Assembly: GCA_013151955.1 (NCBI GenBank)
Contig: JAADHH010000013.1
Coordinates: 1-56,680, forward strand
From: Chloroflexota bacterium
GTDB lineage: Bacteria > Chloroflexota > Anaerolineae > Ardenticatenales > JAADHH01
Direction of reading: 5' to 3'
Length of the DNA stretch: 56,680 bases
Shown one piece after another: positions 39,153 through 47,269 of this stretch; position 1 is the first letter of the stretch; every line of letters starts with the position of its first letter. The notes beneath the pieces were generated by a model. That model did no database searches. It was not told the DNA's origin and worked only from the letters and a program-made list of their open reading frames with translations. Made by a program: the position numbers and the translations under genes.

Positions 39153-40097
39153 CTAGAGAGCCTGGTCGGGGGTGGGCAGGTCCATCAAATCGAATGAAAG
39201 ACCTTCGTACGCAGTGTAGGTGGAGGGAAACAGGGTGCGTGCCCTTTTTTCCATTTCCAGAACGGTCTCATCATCGTGAGAGGGGTCATGGTGAAAGAGG
39301 ACGAGCGTATGCACGCCGGCCGAGTTGGCAACAGAGGTCGCCATTCGTGGCGTGCTATGGCCCCAACCCTGTCGAGAGTCTGCTGTGTCCAGGTATTCGG
39401 CTTCTGTGAACTGGGCATCGTGGATGAGGAGGTCTGCGCCTTTTGCAAACTGTGTCAGCCGTTGGTCACTTCCCAGGTATCCCTCTGTGTCCGTGGCGTA
39501 GACAATCGACCGGCCGGCCCATTCGATCCGGTAATGATAGACACCTCCTTGGGGATGTGCGTAGCCTTTTTGTGTGTAGATCACAACATCCTTTGGATCA
39601 GGGGGGGGAGAATCTCGAAAACGGTGACGAAACTGCGGTTCTTGGTTGCCATTTTGAAAGATGAGCAGGTCGGTCTCCTCCAGATTGCGGATGATCTTGA
39701 AAGAGTGCAGGTCTTGTAATTGGACGGGGAAGGCCGGCGGCAGCATGGCGCGCGAGAGAGCCTCTTCGAGGTCTTGATCGAACGTGCGTGGGCCAAGGAT
39801 ATAGAACGTGTTGCCCCCTTGGTAGGCAGGAACGAAGAAGGGAATGCCTTGCGTGTGATCGTGATGGGTATGGCTGAAAAGGATGGTTGCCACCGTAGGA
39901 CGGCTTTGTTGCACGCTTCTCCGCAGAAGGTCCTGCCCAAGGGCGATCATCCCTGTCCCCGCATCCAAGATGATGAGGTGGCCATCAACCTGAACCTCGA
40001 TACAAGGGGTGTTTCCGCCAACGGCAACTGTTGCCGGCCCGGGAACGGGGTAACTCCCCCGAACGCCCCAGAACCGCGCGAGAAAAAGGCCTTTCAT
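39153..40097 (-). CDS. MBL-fold metallo-hydrolase
   Basis: 'WGVRGS', 'GGNTPC', 'LDAGTG', 'SHTHHDH', 'TDTE', 'HDAQ', 'GWGHST', 'FHHDP'. Confidence 0.88.
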   Translation of the reverse strand: MKGLFLARFWGVRGSYPVPGPATVAVGGNTPCIEVQVDGHLIILDAGTGMIALGQDLLRRSVQQSRPTVATILFSHTHHDHTQGIPFFVPAYQGGNTFYILGPRTFDQDLEEALSRAMLPPAFPVQLQDLHSFKIIRNLEETDLLIFQNGNQEPQFRHRFRDSPPPDPKDVVIYTQKGYAHPQGGVYHYRIEWAGRSIVYATDTEGYLGSDQRLTQFAKGADLLIHDAQFTEAEYLDTADSRQGWGHSTPRMATSVANSAGVHTLVLFHHDPSHDDETVLEMEKRARTLFPSTYTAYEGLSFDLMDLPTPDQAL

Positions 40098-40157
40098 AAG
40101 AATGGTTACGTCTCAAAGAGATTATTGCTGACGACTTTCGCTAGATAATATACTTTC

Positions 40158-40185
40158 ATTCTATACTTTCCGGACAATTTGTCAA
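40158..40185 (-). promoter_or_regulatory. sigma70 promoter for the MBL hydrolase operon
   Basis: Minus strand TTGACA-16 bp-TAGAAT. Confidence 0.6.
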
Positions 40186-40289
40186 GGGGACGTTGGTACC
40201 AAAAGGTCGTGGCCTACCAAATTTCGGCATGGTTCATTTTGCAGAGAAAACTGCTTGACGAATGGTAACGGTTCGCGCAGGCAAAATCC

Positions 40290-40340
40290 GTGAAACGTGA
40301 AAAGGGCCTTCTTTCACGCAGTACGCTTCACGTTTTACGC
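40290..40340. repeat. Short heptamer hairpin repeat (family A core-like)
   Basis: gtgaaacgtgaaaag...ctttcacg...ttcacgttttacgc. Confidence 0.55.
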
Positions 40341-40409
40341 AGATTCTTCCTGGCACCAAGACTCAATTTGTCAACCTGCTTTCATGCCATGCGACCATGC
40401 CCAAATTTC

Positions 40410-41030
40410 TTACTCTGTAGACTCCAGGTGGCAAACGTCGTTGATCTGGCGTACGCTCCACTCACGCCCATACCGTTCGATTGTACTCAGGGATGTGTTT
40501 GCCATTTGGATTCGCCAAAGGCTGCTGAGGGGAAAGTCGAGTACGTATGCTAACAAAGCGCGCAAAGCTCCGCCGTGGGATACGATGACAATCTGTGAAC
40601 CGGCGCAGCTTGCGGCAATCTCCTCGACAGCGGCAACGATCCGGTCTTGTGCTTCCTGATAAGATTCGCCTCCACCACGGCGGACGTTTGGGTCGCCTTG
40701 GCGCCAGGCTTCAAGTTCGTCGGCATAGTGTGCGGCAATCTCTTCCAGGGTAAGGCCGGCCCATTTTCCGATGTCTATTTCGCGCAATCCTGGATGGAGG
40801 TGCAGCGGTATACCCTTCCGATTGGCGATGATTCTTCCGGTATGGTGCGCACGCTCCAGATCGCTGGCATAAACGGCATCAATCGTGCGCTTTGCCAGGC
40901 GGTCGGCCAGAAGTTCGGCCTGCATTAGGCCTTCTTCGCTCAACGGGGTATCGGTCTGGCCCTGAAATCGTCCGATCAGGTTGCCCTGGGACTGGGCATG
41001 ACGAATCAGCAGGATGGTCAAGTCAGCCAT
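40410..41030 (-). CDS. Histidine phosphatase (phosphoglycerate mutase/CobC-like)
   Basis: 'LIRHAQS', 'SDLERA', 'LREIDIG', 'GGES', 'VSHGG'. Confidence 0.9.
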   Translation of the reverse strand: MADLTILLIRHAQSQGNLIGRFQGQTDTPLSEEGLMQAELLADRLAKRTIDAVYASDLERAHHTGRIIANRKGIPLHLHPGLREIDIGKWAGLTLEEIAAHYADELEAWRQGDPNVRRGGGESYQEAQDRIVAAVEEIAASCAGSQIVIVSHGGALRALLAYVLDFPLSSLWRIQMANTSLSTIERYGREWSVRQINDVCHLESTE

Positions 41031-41913
41031 TCTTCGCCTCCTCTTTGGCGGTCACATAAATACCCATCAAGATCATCAGGCCTCCGGCCAGTTTTGCCGG
41101 CGTGAGTCCTTCTCCGAAGAGAAAGTAGGCCATTATCGTTGCGGCAATCGGTTCTCCCAACAGGCTGACGGCTACAAACGAAGCGGATAGGTAGCCTAAG
41201 GCCCAGTTGTAGGACGAGTGTCCCATTATCTGCGGTATCAAAGCCATGAGGAAGAACAAAATCCAGGTTTCTTGCGAGAAGCCGTGGAGGGGTTGTCGGG
41301 TGAGCAGGGCCAAGAGCGCCAAAACCAGAGCGGCGGCGCTATACACGACGATGACATAGGTGAGGGCCGGTAAGCGCCGGCGCAGATTGCGCCCCATCAA
41401 GATGTACAGGCCGGCCATGATCGCGCCGGCAAGGGCGAGCAAGTCTCCAAACGCCTGCGCTGGCGCCAAACCGAAATCGCCGATGCCGATGATCACGCCG
41501 CCGATCACGCTGATCAGTATGCCCACGGCCATGATCCGGCTTACCCGTTCGCCGGTCAGGAGGGGCGCAACCATGCCCACCCAAAGGGGGTTGGTGTTGA
41601 CCAGCACAACGGAACTGGCTACGGACGTATAATCGAGCGAGCTGACCCACGTCGCAAAGTGCAGGGCCAGGAAGCAACCGGTGAGCAGGGCGAGCGCCAG
41701 GTCGCGGCGGGATATCTTTTGCAACGCGGGTTTCTCTTTCCACAGTCCCACCGGCCACAGCAACAGAGAGGCTATGCCCACGCGATAGGTGGCAATCATG
41801 ATCGCCGGCGCGTTGGCCAACCGCACGAATATCGATCCAAAAGATACCGCGAACACGCCTACGAATATGACCAGATAGGGATTTAGGGGGGGATCATGGG
41901 GTGTCGTAGCCAT
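41023..41913 (-). CDS. DMT/EamA family transporter
   Basis: About 10 TMs; 'LALHFATW', 'GDLLAL', 'GHSSYNWAL', 'LGEP'. Confidence 0.9.
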   Translation of the reverse strand: MATTPHDPPLNPYLVIFVGVFAVSFGSIFVRLANAPAIMIATYRVGIASLLLWPVGLWKEKPALQKISRRDLALALLTGCFLALHFATWVSSLDYTSVASSVVLVNTNPLWVGMVAPLLTGERVSRIMAVGILISVIGGVIIGIGDFGLAPAQAFGDLLALAGAIMAGLYILMGRNLRRRLPALTYVIVVYSAAALVLALLALLTRQPLHGFSQETWILFFLMALIPQIMGHSSYNWALGYLSASFVAVSLLGEPIAATIMAYFLFGEGLTPAKLAGGLMILMGIYVTAKEEAKNG

Positions 41914-41948
41914 ACATCACTTCCGCCCAAGAAGTTCGTCCAGGAACA

Positions 41949-41981
41949 AGAAGTTCAACTTCTTTGAGAAGTTGAACTTCT
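41949..41981. repeat. Perfect 15-bp-arm palindrome (REP-like)
   Basis: agaagttcaacttct-ttg-agaagttgaacttct. Confidence 0.8.
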
Positions 41982-41984
41982 ACT

Positions 41985-42410
41985 CTAATAGTGTCTGGCG
42001 AGACGAAGACGGTCTGCCCCGCGTGGCATCTCCCGGGATCGCCAGTCGGTGCTTGCATCAACGGAAACGCTCCATTCCGGGCGAAAAGCAGGAACGCAGA
42101 TTGCCCAGAAGACAAGGGGGTCGCTGTTCGGATTGTGTGTGGCATAGGCGGTACGGGCCGGCAGGTGGAAAACATCGCCGGCGCTGACGGGCGTTTGCTG
42201 TCCGCCCTCTTCGACGAGCCCGTTGCCCTGGATAATCAACAACACCTCATCGAAGCGGTTGGTGCGGAGTATGCCTTTGCTCGAAGCAGGCACAACAACG
42301 TGGGCAACGCTGTATTGTTCCGTATCCGTGGTTCGTAAACCGAGTACTTCGGTAATCTGGTGCCCATCCGGTCCGGTGATCGCCCGTGAAAAGTCTACGC
42401 TGTAGCGCAT
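41985..42410 (-). CDS. Cupin domain protein
   Basis: 'E.LLIIQGNG', 'AGDVFHLP', 'FWAICVPAF'; AAGGAG RBS; canonical metal-binding His residues not evident. Confidence 0.7.
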   Translation of the reverse strand: MRYSVDFSRAITGPDGHQITEVLGLRTTDTEQYSVAHVVVPASSKGILRTNRFDEVLLIIQGNGLVEEGGQQTPVSAGDVFHLPARTAYATHNPNSDPLVFWAICVPAFRPEWSVSVDASTDWRSREMPRGADRLRLARHY

Positions 42411-42440
42411 AGCAATTGCTCCTTTCTACTCTGCCCGCCC

Positions 42441-42470
42441 ATTCTACCACAGGTGATGGAATCGTGCCAC
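42441..42470 (-). promoter_or_regulatory. Extended -10 promoter for the cupin-DMT-phosphatase operon
   Basis: Minus strand TGgTAGAAT (42449-42441); weak -35. Confidence 0.5.
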
Positions 42471-42637
42471 TTGGTAACTACTCAGCCCCATGAGGCAAAT
42501 CAGGTGCCAGGCACTTTCGGTGGATGTCTCAAAGCCAACATTCGTCTACATGCCTTGTCACGTGTTCAAGCAAGAGAGCCTTCACAAGTGCCTGGCACCT
42601 AAAGACTCTACCACAGGTGATGGAATCGTGCCACTTG
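42443..42637. mobile_element. Family B repeat copy 2, flanked by a 31-bp direct duplication
   Basis: tctaccacaggtgatggaatcgtgccacttg at 42443-42473 and 42607-42637; the insert is near-identical to 23563-23691. Confidence 0.85.
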
Positions 42638-42871
42638 TACGTAATGATCAAACGATATTTTGCCTGTCCGCGACTGCTTTGGTTCCACGCAGTGTCCAGA
42701 TTTGTTTGTCTCATTTTCTTGATTCCAAAATAATCCTTTTTGCCGGTCTTCCAACACAACCTGTAGTAACACAGGCGCGACCCTACACTACTTATAGGGC
42801 CACGTTATCATTATATGCCCCCCCAATCCTTAAAAATATGGCAATATGCAGCAATTATTAAGATAAGCCTC

Positions 42872-42900
42872 TTGCGTCATTTGCAATCTTCTGGTAGAAT
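42872..42900 (+). promoter_or_regulatory. Putative dnaA promoter
   Basis: TTGCGT(42872-42877)-17 bp-TAGAAT(42895-42900) with an extended -10 TG and AT-rich upstream DNA. Confidence 0.65.
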
Positions 42901-42906
42901 ACTACT

Positions 42907-43216
42907 AGTCATTCAAAGACAAGTTTTCTTCTGAACAACTTGATAGAAAAACTGCCTCAAGAATGAGATTAGGTCTTGCTTTCCGCAGGCTTAGTCTCCT
43001 TACAAATGTTCTTACTTATTGCCCTTAGAATACCTTGACAACGTTATAGTAAGCCTGGCGAGTGAATTTGCGCCCTGTTTGCGGCGAGGTCTCCCTTCGC
43101 CGGCCAGAGGAATCTCTGCAGGGCACGGTTTCAATCAGCGTATATCAGAATGTACCCTTGTCAAGATACAGCAGTTCCAGTAATCTATTTTCTTTCTTAG
43201 GAAAACCAAAGGCCCC
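42907..43216 (+). ncRNA. Candidate structured dnaA leader or unannotated ncRNA
   Basis: Hairpins at 42920-42942 and 42965-42998; multibranch fold at 43034-43165; G-U pairs favour the + strand. Confidence 0.4.
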
Positions 43217-44614
43217 ATGGATCCTAACAAAACCTGGCAAGCTGCCTTGGGAGACATACAACTGCAAGTACTCCCTTCGACCTTCAATACCTGGTTGAAG
43301 AACACGCGTCTCTCCTCGTACGAAGATGGGGTATTCGTAATTAGCACACCGAATCCCTACGCAGTTGAGTGGCTGGAAAACCGCTTGCAGCGCCTGATCA
43401 AGAACACGCTTACGCGTATCGTGGGACGAAGCGTAGGGCTGCGGTTTATCGTACACACAGAAACGGAGACATTCGCGGAGGAAGACGGCCCCCTGTTCTC
43501 AGAAGCGCCCCTTCCCTATTCTGCTATGGAGAGCTCTTCACCGGTTGTCCCCTCTCATGCTCCGCTCAATACAAACTCGGCACCTTTCTATCCGCTGAAT
43601 CCCCGGTACACCTTTGATTCTTTCATCGTGGGAAACAGCAACCGCATGGCCCACGCCGCCTCCCGTTCGGTAGCTGAACATCTCGCCGAAGCCTACAACC
43701 CCCTGTTCATTTACGGGGGCGTAGGATTGGGCAAGACCCATCTACTGCAAGCCGTGGCTCATTCCGTTGTGGCCAGGGGGTTGCGTGCCGGCTACACCTC
43801 TTCCGAAGTCTTTACAAACGAACTTATCAAGGCCATCCGCCATCAAAATACCGACGACTTTCGTAACCGCTATCGCAGTCTCGACGTGCTTCTGATTGAC
43901 GACATCCAATTCATCGCCGGAAAAGAGAGTACCCAAGAAGAGTTCTTTCACACCTTCAACACCCTACACGGAGCAAACCGGCAGATTATCATTTCCAGTG
44001 ACAGAGCGCCACGCGCAATGGGTACCCTCGAAGAAAGACTGCGTTCCCGATTTGAGGGAGGACTGGTGGTAGACCTCCCTCCGCCAGAATTTGAAACCCG
44101 TATTGCCATTCTTCGCTACAAAGCAGACCATCAACCCGTACAGGTTCCCGATGAAGTTTTGTCTTTCATTGCCAGAAAAATAGAAAGCAACATTCGGGAG
44201 CTGGAGGGTGCTCTTACAAAAGTGATTGCGCACAGCCGCTTTCTGCGTCTGCCCCTCAGCATAGAAACAACCGAAATGGCTTTGCACGACATGCTGCAAA
44301 AACGTCGCTCCATCCGACTAGAGGATATCACACGCGCCGTAGCCCAGTACTATGAAATCCCCTTAACCGACATGTTGGGGAAGCGAAGAAATAGTCGCAT
44401 CGTCTTCCCCAGACAAGTGGCCATGTACCTGTGCCGTGAACTCACCGACACTTCCCTTCCACGAATCGGTGCCGTCATCGGCGGGCGCGATCACACGACA
44501 ATCTTGTATGGCTACGAAAAAATCCTGAAGCAATTGGAGGCAGATGAAACACTCCGGCAAGATATTCTCTCTATCAAAGAGTTCCTCTACGAAACTCCCG
44601 TCCATACTCCCTAA
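43217..44614 (+). CDS. dnaA: Chromosomal replication initiator DnaA
   Basis: 'YTFDSFIVG', 'YNPLFIYGGVGLGKTHL', 'LIDDIQF', 'QEEFFHTFN', 'RELEGAL', 'GGRDHTT'. Confidence 0.98.
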   Translation: MDPNKTWQAALGDIQLQVLPSTFNTWLKNTRLSSYEDGVFVISTPNPYAVEWLENRLQRLIKNTLTRIVGRSVGLRFIVHTETETFAEEDGPLFSEAPLPYSAMESSSPVVPSHAPLNTNSAPFYPLNPRYTFDSFIVGNSNRMAHAASRSVAEHLAEAYNPLFIYGGVGLGKTHLLQAVAHSVVARGLRAGYTSSEVFTNELIKAIRHQNTDDFRNRYRSLDVLLIDDIQFIAGKESTQEEFFHTFNTLHGANRQIIISSDRAPRAMGTLEERLRSRFEGGLVVDLPPPEFETRIAILRYKADHQPVQVPDEVLSFIARKIESNIRELEGALTKVIAHSRFLRLPLSIETTEMALHDMLQKRRSIRLEDITRAVAQYYEIPLTDMLGKRRNSRIVFPRQVAMYLCRELTDTSLPRIGAVIGGRDHTTILYGYEKILKQLEADETLRQDILSIKEFLYETPVHTP

Positions 44615-45015
44615 TCTCTTTTTTCCACATCTTCCTGTGGACAACATTATGATTACTGTGGATAATCACCCTTTGTTGGGGATAACTCTTCCTGCTCCTA
44701 CATCGCCCCTTAATGTTACCCCCCTACATTTTGGGGCGCAACCCTCCCCGGAACCGACATATCCGGTACTTTCTTCTTTCGTTTTTTCAAATAATGCCTA
44801 TTACACTTCTCCACAGCTTTTCTCTCCTTTGTACCCAGACCCTGCTTACACGAATACGCAATATGTTCACCCGGACAAGACGATGGCTGGCCTATCTAGT
44901 GTGCCCTTTCCCCTTTTCAATGACTTATCCACATATCCCACGCCCCTACTACTATTATTTAATAGTACACTACACAAAGATAGAAAAAAGAACTTGTTCA
45001 CCGGAAACTTGACCC
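44615..45015. other. oriC: Replication origin oriC (DnaA boxes plus DnaA-trio unwinding element)
   Basis: Boxes TTTTCCACA 44621, TGTGGACAA 44636, TGTGGATAA 44657, TGGGGATAA 44677, TTCTCCACA 44807, TTATCCACA 44925; then a degenerate box, a C-run, CTACTACTATTATT (44946-44959) and an AT-rich tract. Confidence 0.85.
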
Positions 45016-46413
45016 ATGGACATTGACTTAAATCCCTTGAAAAATCTTCCTTCCGTAGATGCCTTGCTGAATGATCCTTCTTTGCAAGGTAGTCTGCTGA
45101 AAAACGAACGGCCTTATGTTGTTTCGCTTGTTCGGGAATATCTGGATTTCTTACGAAAGAGGATAAAGGGCGGAGTAACGTGCCCCTCTCTGGAAGAGAT
45201 CGTTGCCGGCGTTACAGCGCACATAAACGCTTCGCTGCAACCCAGTCTTTTTCCCGTCATCAATGGCACCGGCGTAATTATTCACACCAACTTGGGTCGA
45301 GCATTGCTCAGTGAAGAATCGTTAGCGGCGATGCGCCGGGCCGGCCAGACGTATAACAACCTTGAATACAGCTTAGAGAAAGGGCAACGAGGCTCGCGGT
45401 ATGACCACGCCACCCGTCTGCTGCGCTTGCTCACCGGAGCAGAGGATGCCCTGGTGGTGAACAACAATGCGGGGGCGCTGGTGCTGGTGTTGAGTGCCTT
45501 TGCCAAAGGACGGGAGACATTGATTTCACGGGCGCACCTGGTCGAAATTGGTGGCGGCTTCCGTGTCCCGGACATCATGGCCCAAAGCGGCTCCCGCTTG
45601 GTTGAAGTGGGGACCACAAACCGTACGTATTTGCGCGACTATCAGCAGGCTTTGCGTGAAGAGACCGCCCTGATCTTTCGTGTACATGCGAGCAATTTCT
45701 TGATCACCGGATTCACGACCGAACCTTCTCTTGACGAACTGGTTCGATTGGGTCGGGAGCAAGGCTTGCCGGTGGTTTACGATTTGGGTAGCGGTGCTCT
45801 CCTGGATACCACAGGCTATGGCCTTGCCCGTGAACCCCTTGTCCAGGATAGTGTGGCGGCCGGTGTGGACTTGACCTGTTTTAGCGGGGACAAACTCCTT
45901 GGCGGTCCGCAGGCCGGCATCATCGTGGGCAGACAGCCTCTGATCGCCCAGTTGAGACGACATCCGCTGACCAGGGCGCTGCGCGTGGACAAAACCACGT
46001 TGGCTGCCTTGCAAGCGACTTTGCTGCACTACGTGCGTGGCGAAGCCGAACAAAAAATCCCCGTTTGGCAGATGATTGGTATGAAAGTGAATGAAATTGA
46101 AGCTCGTGCAACACGGATCGTGGAGGCGTTGAAGCAACAAGGTATCCCGTCGGCGGTTGTGGAGGGATTCTCCGCCATTGGTGGAGGTTCCTTGCCTGGA
46201 CAGAGTCTCCCCACAAGGTTGATTTCGGTTGCTGTGCCGAACCCTTCCGCTTCGACTCGCCAATTGCGGTCCGCTTCGCCTCCGGTGATCGCGCGTATCG
46301 AAGATGACCGGCTCGTACTTGATTTGCGGACTGTTCTCCCGCAACAAGACGAGACTCTCCAGGTCATCCTCAACGATGAATTGGGGGAGTCGGGAGTCGG
46401 AAGTAGGAAGTAG
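45016..46413 (+). CDS. selA: L-seryl-tRNA(Sec) selenium transferase
   Basis: 'VINGTGVIIHTNLGRA', 'VVNNNA', 'VEIGGGFRVPD', 'EVGTTNRT', 'DLGSG', PLP lysine motif 'FSGDKLLGGPQAG'. Confidence 0.95.
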   Translation: MDIDLNPLKNLPSVDALLNDPSLQGSLLKNERPYVVSLVREYLDFLRKRIKGGVTCPSLEEIVAGVTAHINASLQPSLFPVINGTGVIIHTNLGRALLSEESLAAMRRAGQTYNNLEYSLEKGQRGSRYDHATRLLRLLTGAEDALVVNNNAGALVLVLSAFAKGRETLISRAHLVEIGGGFRVPDIMAQSGSRLVEVGTTNRTYLRDYQQALREETALIFRVHASNFLITGFTTEPSLDELVRLGREQGLPVVYDLGSGALLDTTGYGLAREPLVQDSVAAGVDLTCFSGDKLLGGPQAGIIVGRQPLIAQLRRHPLTRALRVDKTTLAALQATLLHYVRGEAEQKIPVWQMIGMKVNEIEARATRIVEALKQQGIPSAVVEGFSAIGGGSLPGQSLPTRLISVAVPNPSASTRQLRSASPPVIARIEDDRLVLDLRTVLPQQDETLQVILNDELGESGVGSRK

Positions 46414-46463
46414 GGCGCGGAGCGTCGAGCGTGCTCCCCTCCCCGCGTCGGGGAGGGGGCGTC

Positions 46464-46603
46464 TATTTTCAAAACAGTCCCCATGAGCGGCGCGCGCCAC
46501 CAAGGATGAAAATGGCGGGACGTGAAACGTGAAGGCGTGAAACGTATTGCGTCTTACGCATCACGCATCACGTTTTACTTGACACCTGACACGTTATTTT
46601 CAA
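46464..46603. repeat. Composite intergenic repeat, family A copy 3
   Basis: Same flanks as 9530-9670; preceded by an extra right-flank motif tattttcaaaacag and a cccctcccc/ggggagggg hairpin. Confidence 0.9.
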
Positions 46604-46636
46604 GGCGGCCGGCCGGTGCCGAGGTGGTGTCCCCCT

Positions 46637-47152
46637 CTAAAAAGCAAGCACAGTGTAGATGTTATACCCTTCCAGCTTGTCCCGCCCGTGAAGGAAGGTC
46701 AAGTCTATCAGAAAGGCGATGGACGCGACCTCTCCCCCCAGTTTTTCGATCAAGTGGGCGCTGGCTGAGGCCGTTCCTCCGGTCGCCAGTAGATCATCGA
46801 CCAAAAGGACGCGCTGGCCTGGGCGGATGGCATCCTTGTGGATTTCCACAGCGTCCGTGCCATACTCCAGCGCATATTCAAACCGCTCGGTTTCGGCGGG
46901 CAATTTTCCCGGCTTGCGGATGGGAATGAACCCGGTTCCCAGCAAATAGGCCATTGTCGCACCAAAAATAAATCCTCGCGATTCAATTCCGGCTACCAGG
47001 TCAATCTCCTGGTCTTGATAGTGAGCAACCAGGCGATCAATCGCTTCGCGGAAGGCATCCGCATCTTTGAGCAGCGTCGTAATGTCCTTGAAAAGAATCC
47101 CTTCCACGGGGAAATCAGGTACGTCGCGGATTGTTTTGGCCAGGTCTAACAT
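46637..47152 (-). CDS. apt: Adenine phosphoribosyltransferase
   Basis: '[14 protein letters not shown]', 'IESRGF', 'RKPGKLP', 'LEYG', '[10 protein letters not shown]'. Confidence 0.96.
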   Translation of the reverse strand: MLDLAKTIRDVPDFPVEGILFKDITTLLKDADAFREAIDRLVAHYQDQEIDLVAGIESRGFIFGATMAYLLGTGFIPIRKPGKLPAETERFEYALEYGTDAVEIHKDAIRPGQRVLLVDDLLATGGTASASAHLIEKLGGEVASIAFLIDLTFLHGRDKLEGYNIYTVLAF

Positions 47153-47186
47153 TGCAGTGCTTTCTCCTTTTGTGCGTTTTCATTCG

Positions 47187-47226
47187 GCGGGGGTGTGTGA
47201 CTTTCTGTAAAGTCACACACCCCCGC
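47187..47226. repeat. Perfect 18-bp-arm palindrome (REP-like; possible mRNA stabiliser after the SBP gene)
   Basis: gcgggggtgtgtgacttt-ctgt-aaagtcacacacccccgc. Confidence 0.8.
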
Positions 47227-47269
47227 ATTCTCATATCCTCAAAGGTGTTCTATTTGCCGGTGAACGAGG

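Noticed and set aside
41894-42175. 93-aa ORF bridging the cupin and DMT genes
   Set aside because: Overlaps both neighbours and reads through a palindromic repeat; no motif.
42443-42637. 31-bp direct repeats as a mini-CRISPR
   Set aside because: Only two copies, the 133-bp 'spacer' is a repeat found elsewhere in the window, and there are no cas genes.
42490-42861. Small ORFs upstream of dnaA (also 43062-43298 and 44544-45026)
   Set aside because: Derived from repeat, leader or oriC DNA; no rpmH-like or other recognisable product.
45016-46640. tRNA-Sec or selenoprotein genes near selA
   Set aside because: No tRNA cloverleaf recognised and no CDS in the window appears interrupted by an in-frame TGA. 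This was checked by eye only; tRNAscan-SE would be decisive.
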